Shown here piece after piece: positions 39,065-52,600 of a stretch of DNA of 64,000 bases (within the stretch, counting starts at the first letter, position 1; each line of letters opens with the position of its first letter). The position numbers and the translations under genes are program-made. The notes under the pieces are model-generated. The model worked only from the letters and a program-made list of their open reading frames with translations. It ran no database searches and had not been told where the DNA came from. Source of the DNA: Halocafeteria seosinensis (lineage: Eukaryota); contig LVLI01000346.1 of NCBI GenBank assembly GCA_001687465.1, positions 1-64,000 of the forward strand. The letters are read 5' to 3'.

Positions 39065-42000
39065 TCAAACATCCTCTACATCGCTATCGGCCACATCCCC
39101 ATAACGCCAGATATTGATTCTTTTCTTGGATACCTCATTTTGAGCTGCTTCCAAACTCTCTATAATCTTTAAGTCTTTCTGCAGGGCCTCGGCGTCCGGT
39201 TGCCGTCGAGCAGCATTTTTCGTCGACCGAATCTCTCGCTTGGAAAGGCGGGCAACACCCTCCTGGATCATTTTTTCATTGACACTCATGGGCGAGTTTT
39301 CGTCAAAGAGGGTGACTACGAGCCGGTTGTCGTCATCTCGAGAGTGAATCTTTGCTACCAGATCCTTCCCAAATGAAGATTCTGATAGGCATATACCTGC
39401 TTCACGACCAAATTCTTCATCTAATTGAGGAGACTTGACGAATGCTAAACGACATCCACGTGCCAAGGGAGGTAGCTTTTCCAAATGACTACTAGGAAGA
39501 GGCCTCATTTTGGTAAGGGGAACGCTACCACGATTGCCATAGTCTATGTAAGTCACGGCGTACTCATCTCTACCACTGCCTTTGCCATCTATTCTAGCTC
39601 GGAACCAACTAAGGCCGCTCCCGTCGTCAAACAACGCAGCCACCACCTTCCCTCGACGAGGATCAACCACAGCGTGGGTCTCCCCGTGCTCTTCTTTCAT
39701 TTGCCTCATTTCCTCTTCCACCTTCCGAAGATTCTCCATATCATCTTGGGCGTGAACAAAAAAGCAATTACCGTCCAAAATATCACAAACTCGGAGCTGG
39801 ATAAACTGCTGACTCTCATGAGCAGCCTCCTCAGCCTCCTCCTTTTCTGCAACATGGGTCCATACTCCTCGTTTCGCAGTACGGGCTTCTTCTTCGGCCT
39901 CAAAGAGTTCATCGGCGTAAGGACTGTTTCGGGCAGCCGCAGGAATGATGCTCCCATATCCCTTCTGAAGGAGCGCAACACCAACATTTTGTCTTTGCCC
40001 ACCGCTTCCCACGAACAGAGAGCCCAATATTGTGCCTCTCTGGTCAATTGTGTCCACTTCAATCTCGACTTCTCTCTGTAGAGTGTTCTCTCTCATAAAC
40101 GAGTACGCTTCATCACCAAATGGTTCCGCTTGGCGGCCTGGCCGTTGCTTTCCATCGGGACCCTTCGTAGAAGGCTTCGCTATAGTAGGGCATCGCACGC
40201 CAGAGATCGCAAACATGCAAATGCAGTTCTCGCTTGGAATGATCAGTTTTACTCGGCCTCCAGAAACTACGTAGTCAACGATCGCTCTCATCTTTCCGGC
40301 CCGCTGTAAGAAAGGAAAGAAGTTCTTTGCTTTTTGAGTGTCCATTGTCAAGTTTGTGAGTCGATGCTTTGGAGCAGGCTTTTTCCCCTGCATACCCTTG
40401 CCACTCTCTTTCGCGCGATTTTCCGCTTGGAGTAGTTCATCGTATTGGGAGCTTTTGGGATCGTCAACTCGATGGCGAACAACTTCAGCGTAACCTTCAG
40501 AGACAAGTATAGCTGCCACATTGTACTTTTCGCCTTTCTTGTTGGTAGCATGTACCGTGGCAAAACGTCGTTCCTCCTGCAAAAAAAAAGTCATAGATAA
40601 AAAATACCGTTGCACACGAACAAGGCAGGCTGTCAAGATACTTACGTTAGTTGGGGCATTTTGCGCTGGAGGCCGTGTGTAGTCTACGACAACTTCCACT
40701 TCCTTCCCAACGATTGTGCGACGGAGAAGATCCTTGGCCTCCCACGACCATGGCTCACCTTCTTCGTCTCGTTTTCCAACCCTCGGGGCGCGGATAGAGC
40801 TTAACTGAACGCGGCGTTCTTCGGTCGCACTCCCTCTTTTGACTTGAACAATGATGGTGTCGCCTGACACAATCTCCGTGACCTTTCCAGTATATTCAGA
40901 GTCACCGCTGATTTGCTGTGGTTCCCACTCTTTCCAAATGTTCAGTTTACCATTCTTGGCGGCGTTTTCAGCATTCCTCATTGTGCTCGCGTGAGAAGGA
41001 TCAGTGAAACGGATGCTCCAATCCACCATTCTTCCAAGACCATTCTTCAGTAGCTCTGCGGAAATATCACCAGCAGGATGCTCCACTTTTCCAAAAAAAT
41101 TATTGAATTTATCCGCACCACCAATGTGGAGCACAACATCTCGATTCAGCAAACGTGTTTCAGTGAACAACTTGGCAGGTCCAGCAAATGGTTGTGCCAC
41201 AGTTGTCGTTTCCGCCCCGCCGGAGTTGGTATTTTGCTCTTCCTCACTCTGTTGCTGTTGTTGCATATACCGCGGGGACTGGACACCAGCCAAATTGAAA
41301 TTGATGACTAGCATGTATTCTTTGAGTCCTGTCAGAATGCACCGTAGGGAAGCGCCGTCCTTCACCTGCTCAACAACAGCAGACTGAGGACTGTTTTGCA
41401 ATTGGTTCAGAAGCTCTCTATCTTCAGGGACATTCCATAAGACCTTCCTGATAGCACCTTTAACCGCTTCTGAATTGTCGTTGTAGATGCCTTTCTTTTC
41501 TTCCTCTGCTTTGGCATTCAATTGTTGGAGCTCATCGTAGTCTGCACTTCTTCCATGCTTCGTCATCTCGATTGGAACCACTCTTGCCCAGCCGTTCTCC
41601 ACGACTTTCTTAGAAACGCTTTCACCATTGAGCCAGATGTCAGCAAATTGGCGGTTAATGCTATCTACCTTGTACTGGATTTTGAATTGCACACTTTGCC
41701 CAATCAACATCTTCCGCAGAAATTCTCTGCTCTGCCAGGCGAACGGCTGCAGTAACAGAAATGCAAAAGGCAAAGTTGTATCTGGCGATTCGGTACCAAA
41801 ATTCATCAACGATAATAAAACGCACCTCATCCGTGGCATTGGGGTGCCTTGCCAATCGAGGAGCCTGAAGCGAAGCCAAAGATACTTGCATCTCGGGAGG
41901 TGGATTTCCCCGCCCCATGAGTACGAGGGAGTCGCCTCCGATGACACTCTTGACTACAGCATACCTGTGCACACATACAGGAAACAATAATATCAGTTCG

Positions 42001-42251
42001 CAGAACGAAAGAGGGAAAAATACCCCGTATTAGAGTGAATACTACACAATCTTGGCCACTTCAGAATTCTTCTGCAACTCTCTTTTCTCGTTATTTCCCT
42101 CTTCTTTGCATTGCATCGAGACATTGGAGTCTTCAGTGACCATTTGTGAACCGTGTCTTCTCGAATTTGGGCCCATACGGGGTATACAGGGTTCGTCATA
42201 CAGACAATAAAGGACCGGAATAGTAGAACATGATACGTACCCTTGCGCCAT
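39065..42251 (-). CDS. SND1: Tudor staphylococcal nuclease (SND1/Tudor-SN), 4 exons
   Basis: Four SN repeats (VKSVIGGDSL, VEQVKDGAS, VTEIVSGDT, VDYVVSGGR), Tudor domain (WFRARI..VTYIDYGN), C-terminal NIWRYGD; start MAQG in an 11-nt first coding exon. Confidence 0.95.
42129..42205 (-). ncRNA. Candidate intronic box C/D snoRNA-like element in SND1 intron 1
   Basis: Sense strand reads GTCT-gt-ATGACGA (box C, 1 mismatch)...CTGA (box D)-AGAC, 77 nt with a 4-bp terminal stem; no target identified. Confidence 0.4.
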
Positions 42252-42598
42252 TTTTCTTCTTATTGCTCTTCTCTCTACTGAACAAAGCACACTCTTTTCC
42301 ACTGAATCGGATCGTTCACACCAACACTATTGCATGAGCTCCTTGAATGGACGATACTGCAAATGGTTTCATCTCTCCATGGACTCTGCAGGGGAAAAAT
42401 GTCCCCCTTCCAGGTGTAGAGGACAATCTTTTCGTCGACTCATGAATGGCTGTACTCGCGTTTATCGTCCAAGGTTTGACGCGTTCGCAGAAGCGTTTTT
42501 AGAGCGTATTCCGTGATACTTTTCGTCCTACAGCCCTCGCATGGGTGTAAACTCTGTTCTCAATCGTTTGGATCCCGGAAAGGTGGCGTATATCAACC

Positions 42599-44341
42599 AT
42601 GGCGTACGCACGACAGTATTGGACCGAAGAGGGGTTAACCACTCTCTTACTAACCCGAGCTGACTGGGACAATGAGTTCGAGCGAGTTATGGCACAGGGC
42701 GGGAAGGGAAAGCGAAGGGACGCTGGGCATGAGACACAAAATGCGCTTTGGGATCAAATGACAGAAGAAATGAAAAATAAGTATGTATGGGGTTTATAGG
42801 CTAATGTAATCATAACGTTATCTTGCGAGAGCTTAACTTGTATAAACCTCTATCAAAACTTCATTTTTGGGATCTTGTTAATGCTGCAGCAATCCGGGGC
42901 TAACATTTGTCACGAATTCGCGGGATGAAGCAGAAGATGTATCTGGGTAAGTGCTCGTAACCTGTTGCTACAAAAAGTTTCGGGTGGGAACTGTGAACTT
43001 GGTAACCGAATGATGGATACGACGGGTCAAATGCTACCACAGAGAGCAATGTTCGACTAAATTTTATAACCTACACACACGCATAAGAGTAAGTAGCGTG
43101 CTCTTTGTAGAAAATACAACAATTGTCAAAAAACCGGCAAACTTGTGTACAGAGCATTGGGGAGCAAATAGAAACTAAGGACCGACCGCTCCCGCAGTAT
43201 CTGTTGAAACCGAAGATACTTTTTCATATGCTAAGCCACACTCGAACGGGAGGCTTTTCATCGGATAAGTACGGAACGCCACCAATATATAAGAGTCGGC
43301 CTGGGGCAAAAGCGGTAGTCCAATTTGTTAGAGAGCGAGATTGCCCCGAGATATCGAGTGACTCCACGGAAGAAATAAGCCAAGAACTAGCAAAGAAGGT
43401 GTTTTATCACGTTTTGTACGTAAAGGATCTTATTCATCGCTCTGGCAAACTAGCAGAGGCGGACACTGTCGAGGCCTGGCGTAGCGTGATTGATGAGCTT
43501 AACCCGAATTTTGAAAACGCTTCCATACTTCCCGCTTCGAGTACTACATCGTCTACAAGGAAACGAGAAAGAAAGCCGCGAGCACCAGCAAGCATGGGTG
43601 ACTCGGTGGAACCAAGTTCAGCTCCCAGAATGAAACGCGCTGCATCTGCCAAACGCTATATCAGGGATGAGAACAGCATGTTTTCTTCTGATTCCGAAGG
43701 TGAAGAAGAAATCCAAGCGATAGAAGAAAAAGGCCCTCCAATGAGTTCCGCAGTGACCCCGCAAACGAGACCACTAGGTCAGGCATCTACTTCGCAAAGT
43801 CGTCCATATTATCACGCAAATGTTAACGGATATGCTGGAAGAGAGTCTCCTTCTTCAAGGAAGGCGTTTAGCAATTTGCCCATGTTCTTGATTTTTGAAG
43901 AGAATCCATTCTCTCAAGTTGTTGCCAAGCGTAACTCGTCTGTATATAGTGTCAGTCCTGCTTCGTGGGAGGGCGTAAGGGATCCGGAGTCGTCGTTTGC
44001 GTATCAACTTGAACCCCACAAACGGTAAGTCTTATTCTTAGAAGCGCTCTGTTTATTCTGCAAAATACTATCTTCACTTTGGAACCTTCAGGCTAGCTGA
44101 TGTCCTTCTTTATCTCGTAAAGGATGAATCGCTTAGTGAGCAAGATCGACAGCTGCTTGGTCTGGCACATCTAGCCATGGGTTTCGACAAATACCGGCAT
44201 ATCATGCTGACAGTGGCTCAGTTAGCGTGTCCGGACAATCACTATATGGATGTAGAGCGTTTCCTTGATCTTTTGTCGGACAAAGTGCAACAACTCGGTC
44301 TCTCATATAACAGGTTATCGATGGAGCTAGCGCGTTTATGA
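42599..44341 (+). CDS. Myb/SANT-like (trihelix-type) domain protein, tandem paralog A, ~5 exons
   Basis: RQYWTEEGLTTLLLTR..QNALWDQMTEEM..EQCSTKFYNL; C-terminal exon ..LACPDNHYMDVERFLDLLSDKVQQLGLSYNRLSMELARL. Confidence 0.72.
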
Positions 44342-44854
44342 ACACCTCCCATATGCGTTCCATAAAGTTGCAACCAAAAATGAGCTGGAAACGGTAGATA
44401 TGAACTGTTTGCATGTTGGTGATCCTTGACTACCCACTACGTTAGTTCGTAGGCTTCACCAAGAATCGTGAAGTTCTTAGCGCTCTACATCGGCGGCAAC
44501 AAAATCCACACGTACTCGTAAAACAATGTCTCGTTCATCACGCTAGTACAGGTACGCTGCGGTGCATCTCGGGTACCAACACGTCTTCCTTCTTACCCTG
44601 TGCAACCCAGTCCTCCCATCTCCTGCGGCGGGTCGTTGCACTGCTTCGCTTCGGCGTAGGCAGCAATTGAGCACCTGCGTTGCTCGTTATAGTTTGGCGC
44701 AACCCCATCGTGTGGTAAATTAGACCGTTATCGTGGAATTGACAAGTTGGTAGCATAACTTGCCTTGATTTTTTTTCCCCATCCAAGCCGAAAGCTTATG
44801 CGTGTGATAATAATAATTAATAACTAATAATAAGTATCTTACTAACTGAACGCG

Positions 44855-46596
44855 ATGGCGGCATCATCATCATCATCATCTGCCTCCCCGAATGATCCCC
44901 CAGCACAGTCCAATCCGGCGGCCGTCAACCGCCAATATTGGACAGATGAGGGTCTAGAGAAGGTCCTCCTCTTACGTGCTGAGCGAGAAGCAGAGTTCGA
45001 ATACGTGCTAGGCCGAGGGAAGGGGAAAAAGAGCCAGGCGAATGAAACACAGAGCACGTTGTGGGATAGAGTGGTGCAAGATCTCCACCAGGAGTACGTC
45101 CAAACTCGGCTCCCTGTTGTTTAGGAGCCAATTGCGCTTCATTCATGACTTCTTTGCAGGTATCCGGACCAAGTCTTTGTCCGAAATCACCTCAATGAGC
45201 CGGAGGAATTGTCGGGGTGAGTGCCATGGTTGGTGGAATTCAGAGTCTTACCACTAGCAAAGATACTGTTGACATGCGATGCAGAACACAATGCTCGAAT
45301 AAATTTTATTACCTTCACTCGAAATTGCGGGTAAGTAGTTGGAGGAGAGTATCCGTGACCGAGATTGACATGGTCTATGTCCGGTGGTTTTTGGTTTTGC
45401 AGACCCAAGCCCAACAAGTGGACCAGAAGGGCAAGGACGTCCCACGCTATCTGTTGATTCCTAAGATCTTGTTCCACTTGTTGTCTCACACTCGGTCGGG
45501 CAATTTTCCAGTAAACCCTGCTCTTGAACACGAGCGGCGTGCAGACAAAAGCAAAGCAGCAACGAAAGCTGTAGCCGAGTACACTAGACAGCAAGTATGT
45601 CCTAATGTAGGTAGCGGGGATACAGAGCCACTCAGTCAAGACCAGGCAAAGAGTGTACTTCTAGGTTGGATGTATGTTATGGACGAATTACTTGCTCACG
45701 AAGAGGTGGCCAATGAGGACACCCAGGAATCTTGGACGGAGTTCATACGGGGACTCAATTTGGACATTAGTCGGGCCATCGAGTGTGGAGTATTCTCGCG
45801 CAAGCGTCAGCGCAGGGAGCCGGATGCAACGGAAACTTCCAGTGAAAATAACATCAACAAGAAAACGAGAGAAGAAACTCCAAACACCCCTACGAGGGAC
45901 AGTCTGGGACAGGGTTCTACTGTTAACCATGAGGGAGACAGGACGGTCGAGTCAATCGAGGATACATATCCACCTATGAGTTCATCCTCGAGTGCCCAAC
46001 CTAAGCAGGGTGCAAAGCCTAGTACTAATAGAACGGGAGGTGTGAAAAGTAGGAAGAAGAATTTTTCGAGCGCTTCAGGTTCACCACGGAAACAATCTTC
46101 TGCGGATCGCCGGAAGTACTTGATATTCGAAGAAGACCCCTTTTCGGATGTGGTAGTAAAGCAGGGCACCTCGGTTTACCCAGCAACTAGCGGTACAGTC
46201 GTCCAGCAGGACCCCCCCGAAACATCGGGCGATTCCAATGTCCCGTGTCACGTTGATCCAAGCGATAGGTGGGTTTACTTACATCCTACTGGTCTTGGAG
46301 TCAGGTGATAGACGAAGCTGTTTTATTGTTTTCGTTCATGCAGACTCAATGATGTCATTTTGTACCATATCAAGGAAGAACAGATAACGGACGAGGTTAG
46401 AAAAACGTTGACACTAGTTTATACGGCTTTGCATTTGGAGAAGTATAAGCCAATCTTCATGGCTGTAGCGTTGCTCGCGTGCCCTGACAACCATTTTATG
46501 GATATGGATACTTTTATCACGCTGATTTCGGAAAAGCTACAGCAATTAGGCTTGACTTTTAATAGGGTATCTATGGAACTTGCCAGAAAATATTGA
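44855..46596 (+). CDS. Myb/SANT-like (trihelix-type) domain protein, tandem paralog B, ~5 exons
   Basis: RQYWTDEGLEKVLLLR..QSTLWDRVVQDL..TQCSNKFYYL; LACPDNHFMDMDTFITLISEKLQQLGLTFNRVSMELARKY; same exon layout as paralog A. Confidence 0.72.
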
Positions 46597-46639
46597 CTTA
46601 CAGGTCCCTCCAATTGCGTATCTGTCATAAACTTGCTCC

Positions 46640-49600
46640 TCACCTTGTAGATCGTGAGGTAGTCGTTAATCCTCGAGATTTCATTTGGCTACTACGGCCA
46701 TGAGAAGGGCTCTTGCTCTCTGTTTCTACCATGCCTGTAAATGACGGGAAAGTGCGCTCTCTAATCCTCTGTAGCTCTTCTTCTAGCACCTCTATATCCT
46801 CTTTTTGGTACTTGACAATGTCTTGCAACTTCCTATGACGAACTACTGATTGTAGTTTTCGTTCTTTTATCTTGGCGGGATCTGTCTCTTCTGTCCTTCC
46901 AGCAGTTCGTGACTGAACTATACCATCCCTAATTTGAACAGCATTTTTTAGCTCCTTATAACGACGCAGCAGATGTTCATTTTCTCTCTCTTTGGCTTGC
47001 CATTGGGATTTTATTGATGAAAGAAGCCGTTTAATCTTCTGAATATGCCTCTCATGGCTTTGCTGCAATTGGCGACTGCGCGCCTCGATTTTCATCAGAT
47101 CACGACGCTGCTTGTCACCAATGTCCCCACCGCGAATAAAATCTTGCAGCGTTTTTGTTACTCGCAAAAGCTGTAGATCGGTGTAATATTCCGACATATC
47201 TTGACATTTTCCTCGGAGGTATTTTAGTTCCCAGTGAAGGTACGATAACTCTTGTCGAAAATCCCTGTGCTGTTCTAAAATGTTAACCTTGATAGAGCTC
47301 AAGAACTTAATGCGTGCGTTGTCGATTTCTACCGCTTGACGTGGAACCAGAGCTGCATTACCATAATCGGGAATTGGCTCCTCTGATTGAACCTCATCGA
47401 TACCTTGCTTCATGCGAGTAAGGAGGATGAGATCGCAACCAAGCATTTCACGCGCTGTCAGGGTATCACTGAACAAGTTGGTTAGCTTTTCTACTGCAAC
47501 ACCTTGCCTGCTGCATGTATGCAACTGATGCTTCATTTCGATATCCATTGATGATAACAGCCTGTGGATTCTTGCTATCTGGAGTTCAGAAGAAATCTTT
47601 TGCTCTCGCAGCTCCTGAAACTTATGCCAAACGCTATGCTCGATTGTGGAGCCAACCTCCCAATCGTCGGGTACATCTCTGGACGAGACAGGAGCCAGAG
47701 CTTGCTTTTCTTCCTCGGCAATTTTTCCGACTCTCGAGCGTTGTGCGAGAGCGATATCCGCCTTGTGGAAAGGATCCTCCTTGTAGATGTTCACGCCTAA
47801 CCTCTTCTTCGCTCTGGCAAGAGTGTCTGTATTATCGTATACATTTTCGATCGGGTTGTACCACGCCAATTCGACCACACCTCTCGAGTGGGAAGAAATA
47901 TCAACAAGGCTTTGCCCTGCTTGTTCCTCCTCCTCCGGCTGTTGCTGAGGTGCATGAAGGATTTTCAAAATGGCATCCGCAGAACCAGGTAATACTGTCC
48001 TCGATTTCGGGTCCAGAACCTCAGCATCGTGTGTCCGGTGCTTGTATAAATGTGTAAGTACCCGCATCACTTCCGCGTCTAGCGATTGTGTGGAAGCCTC
48101 CCTAACTGAGTCACGAAAGCTCTTTTCAAGGTGCTTATCGAAGTTTTGAAGTTTATTCAGCTCCTCCCGAGTAGCATTCGTGCGAGATTGCATGCTCTCT
48201 GCTGCATCGGCTGCATTAGCCTTTAGGTTATCGAAGGACATATGCTGATCCACAATTCGCCCTTCTAGATCAACATTCGTATCTCTTTCGTGTACATTTT
48301 CCGCTAAACGTACGGCATACAGCTGAAGGGCAATTACCGATTCGTAAAATTCCAGGTATGACTTTCGCAACTCGGCTACTTTTGAATCAAAATTCGCCCG
48401 AGACTCTCGGACATCATTGGTTAGCTTTCGCAACTCATCCTCTAGAGATTGCCTTCGAGCCTCCCGTTGCTCCTCTACTTCTTCGAGTTTCGATTTATAC
48501 TGGTAGTACTTCCGCTTTTGTTCCTCACTCATTTGCTCCTCGGCAACTGCATCCATCCATGGTTCAAACTCATTCTCTAACTCTTTTTCTAGAGCTGCAA
48601 GAGCGTCCTTTTTCTCGAGAGTTCCATACATCATCTCATGCAGGGCTCTCTCGGGTGCATCATCCTTGTTAGCCTCAGCCTCCCGGCGCCTACGTTCTTC
48701 CTCCTCCTTCTGACGTCTGAGTTCCGCTTCAGACACGTAAGGCTTAAATCCCACATCCTCTTCTGACACCTCCAGTATCGAGTGCGGAACATAATCGAGG
48801 GACAGATCTGGTTCAAAGAGTTCAGTATCTGACTTGAGTTCCTTTTGTATCTCTTTGATTCTGGAATTCGCATTCGAAATGCGAGAGGCTTCTTCACCTT
48901 TTGCTTCCCAGAGCTTGTCAAATTTTTGATTATACTCGTGTTGCACACTGCGAAGAAGAGCATTCAAAAATAAGATTTGCATACGCTTTTGGTTGGGTGT
49001 TCTGACAGCAGCAGGATGATACAGCAGCTTCACCACATGACCACCAGCCCAAGTTTTCGCGCTGCCAACCTCTGGAGCTTCTTCTTCATTTTCTTGGCTT
49101 GGTAAAGCCTGAGATTCTCTTAGTACCTCCGTAAAATCCGCGTACGGATCCTCCGAGTGCGATGGGGACTCAGCCTTGGCAGTACTACTAGCCGGGGACA
49201 TCTCCGATCCCTGCTGCTCGGACTTCGTGGGAGTCTTGGAATCAGACCCTTTCCTTTCAGAAGACATCCCCTTCAAGGAGTCTAATTTGCTCCTCTGAAA
49301 ACTAGGATTTAGACTCGGCGGTAGAAGGCCAGCTAGAAAAATCCAATCAGTGTCATGGCGGAAATCCTCCATCAACGAGCTCCAAACAGCAGAATGCAGA
49401 AGGCCATATTCTGTTACTCCTTCTTCCGTAACAGAATCTTGGTTATGCTGCCGCATCGCTGCCTGCTCAAGTCTCCTTAAGTACGTGGCTTTATTTAGAC
49501 TCATTCTTTCTTCATCGGACATTATTGGCAGAGGAAAGTTGCTAATGGACACATCCCCTTTAAAGGAATGCAATGTCGCAAAATGGACCTCCATATTGTC

Positions 49601-52600
49601 CCAAAGCTTCGACACAAGCTGGTCGCGAGTCTCTTGATTGTCTTTAATTGTTTCCGTGGCCTGCGTTTTCACCTCGTCTACCCTTTCTGCCGCCTCATTC
49701 TCGAGTATACGCTCTCCCGCGATGTCAATACTAAATTCTTCTCTGTTAAGTTGCTCCATTTCCGGCGCCCTCGCATTGCTACTTAGAAGGTCATTCAAAC
49801 TCACCTTCAAATCTTCCAACTGCTTCCTAATGCTCTCCCGTTCTCTTTCCGCGTCTCTCTGTTGTTTTCTGGCAACAAGTGCTAGTCTGCGAGCATTCAG
49901 TGGACACAAACGGGAAGACTTCTGCTCCACCTCGATTTCACCGTCAGTGCAAATACCCACGGCCCATTCCATCAAATCCTCGTTATTTCCTTCCTCTTCT
50001 TCCGCGATGCCGGCATTATCCGTTTCATCACCAATCTCCACAGACAGCCGGCGTCCCTTTCCAAACTTACCCCCTGGACTATCAGTTTCTGTCCCTTCTG
50101 ACAGTTTCATCGCAACGATAGAGCCGATTACCCCTCCAACGCTTCCAACTGGGCCAACAAAATCCGCGACGCGCGACGCAAAGGAAAGAGCTCCTTTACT
50201 TCTTGATCCAACTGCCCCTTCCGAATTAAGCCGAAGCCCATTCCCGAGTCTAAGGCAAACAAAATTTGAGCCAAGTGTGCATACCACAACGTAACGTCCA
50301 TCTTCTGTTATATCAACAGCAGTGATGGGACGGGATCCCACCTGGATTCTGCTATACTTCGAGCCCCGGAAATCACATTCAGCAATCGTTGTCGATTTAT
50401 CTGTCATAAAATGCAGATTCCCAAAAACGTCGCCAAAGAGGAGCGATGTACCGTCAGCATGCTCATACACCCGCAATGCAGTTATAGTTGAAGATCCTAA
50501 AGGTGACTGTAAGAGGGTATACTCGGCGTCCTTCAGTTGGTCCGTCACGTACTCTTGTAGCTGGTAGGATGCCAACGTCTCTGCTGCCAACGTGTGCTGA
50601 GGACCTGTGCGTCGTAGTTCGGTGTCGGTATGCTCCGATATACGCACAAACTCAAGTGGGGGCTCTTCCCGAAGATCGTTTTGATCGAACGCCGGGAAAT
50701 TTTCACTTCTCAATACGACTGGGGCCGCACCAGCGGGGCAGTTGAGCAATTCTCTACTTGTACCAACAGAAGCTGTTAAAGGCGTTCCCATAGACACTCG
50801 TGCAATGGCCGTCATTAGGAGAGGAGAAAAGTCCGGCGCCTCTTCCAGAGCCTGGGAAAACTTTGAGGAAGCTGATTGGAAGTCTGGGATTGGAAACGAA
50901 ATGACCGTCCCGTCTGTCCTTACAAGTTCTAGGTCCAACGCCGGTTCGAGGCGATTCCACCTAGGTCCTCCCGAAGATGCGGGCGCCGACACATCAAATG
51001 CCATGCCCTCCTCACCGGCCTCTTGCTGAGGATTTTTCAAACTACCCATCTGCCCAGTGTGTACTGGTCGAAATCGCATGGATACAATCGGGCAGTGGTT
51101 TGGGTTTTCCCTCCGCGGCTGAGAAGCCACGCGAACGACATCACTGGCCAGAGTTGAAAGTTCAGCAGGTACAGCTGACACCGAGTAGCCTGGTAGTTTC
51201 GATATAGCAATGGGAGTAGCGAGAGGATGTTCCATATCTACACCGTGATCAGGATCCCACTCATTCAAGCGGAACACACAAACTATGCCGTCCTGGGCAC
51301 TAAAAGTAGCAAAAACGTGAACATCAGAGCCATCATTGAAAGCAATGTCCGTGATAGCCCCTTCATGAACCCAGTCACTGAACACCGTTGTAGCAAACAA
51401 ATCCGGGGCACCTAACGAACACGACAATTGAGAAACTTCTATTCCTTCAAATTCCGAAGCAAAATCTAACGAGCGCAAATGCTTCTCCGGAGCAGTATCG
51501 TTCGGAGATGCCATCATCTCTTTGTACTTATTTGGAGAGATAAACACAAGGCGCAGCCGTCCACTTCCACTGCCAATAGCAAGTAGCGGCATCGTTGGAT
51601 GCGACGCCATTGATGACAACACGGATAGTCGGGATGTTTCCGATGAGCAAGCACTATGCTCACCATATAGCGTGGGTAAGATAGGATCGTGCTGTTCTCC
51701 TTCCAGGTTATATAAGTTGGCCGAAGCCGATGAGGCGCTGTCGACGAACATCCGTTTACATAGCTGCTTCCCTTCCTGACAGTCCCAAAGGCGCAGCGTA
51801 GCATCCATTCCCGCTGTGGCCACAAGGGAAGATGGGAGGCGCGAGTCCGGATCTGAGCACTCAGTATTCACACGAGCGCAAAGAACAGCAGCCCCACAAT
51901 GCCCATCTAAGATTGTATTCACTTGAAGTTGTTCCAAAGTTGCACCTTCATTAACTGATCCATCCACTCCATATCCGGCTGCGGCATAAGCATATTCATA
52001 GTTGACCACTGTTTTGGCCAGCTTGTTTTGCCCACCGCTAGTTAAATCTTTCTGTGAACCGGAGCTCGCTGGTCGCGAAGCAGGGGCATGACTCTCGGCG
52101 GCGGAAACGCTTTGCGGATCCAGAAGAACTGAAAGAGTTGCTCCGTCCTCTACCGAGACGATTAGCGTCCCATACTCTGGCGAAGGACTCATAGATGAAA
52201 TTGCAGAATAGTACACGTGACCGTAGCAATTCCGCGTAGGTAAAGTCGGAGCCATTCCAACAATCCGTTTGACTGCGGTCGATTCCCATTTCAATTGCCG
52301 CAAAGAGTCTGGTGGATCCAGAAAGCGAACTCGTCCATCGGCGCATCCAGCTGCCAACTGAGTCTCCGAAATCACCACTGATGTACAAATCGACCCTTGC
52401 AAGAGTGTCTGTAGCAATGTTTCTTCGTCTTTTATCCAGCGATATTCGTCCTCATTGGCGACAATATGCTTTGATATAAATTTCCGTGTAAAGTTCCCTC
52501 CCTGGCTGCACACTGAGTAACCGGTTTGCGAATCGAACACAACGAATTCACCAGCAGCGTTACTGCACAGAATGTGCCGCATATCGGGGACCCATGTAAA

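Noticed and set aside
42005..42190. RNase MRP/P RNA suggested by the CCCCG..CGGGG pairing
   Set aside because: The conserved GAAAGUCCCC / GGGGCU-type P4 context is not matched; kept only as a generic structured intron.
44806..44832. Imperfect (TAA)n run upstream of Myb/SANT paralog B as a Harbinger target-site signature
   Set aside because: Simple low-complexity repeat with no flanking TIRs identified.
49638..50294. Long antisense ORFs (also 39485-40081, 47515-48057, 37233-37808)
   Set aside because: Shadows of well-supported genes on the opposite strand.
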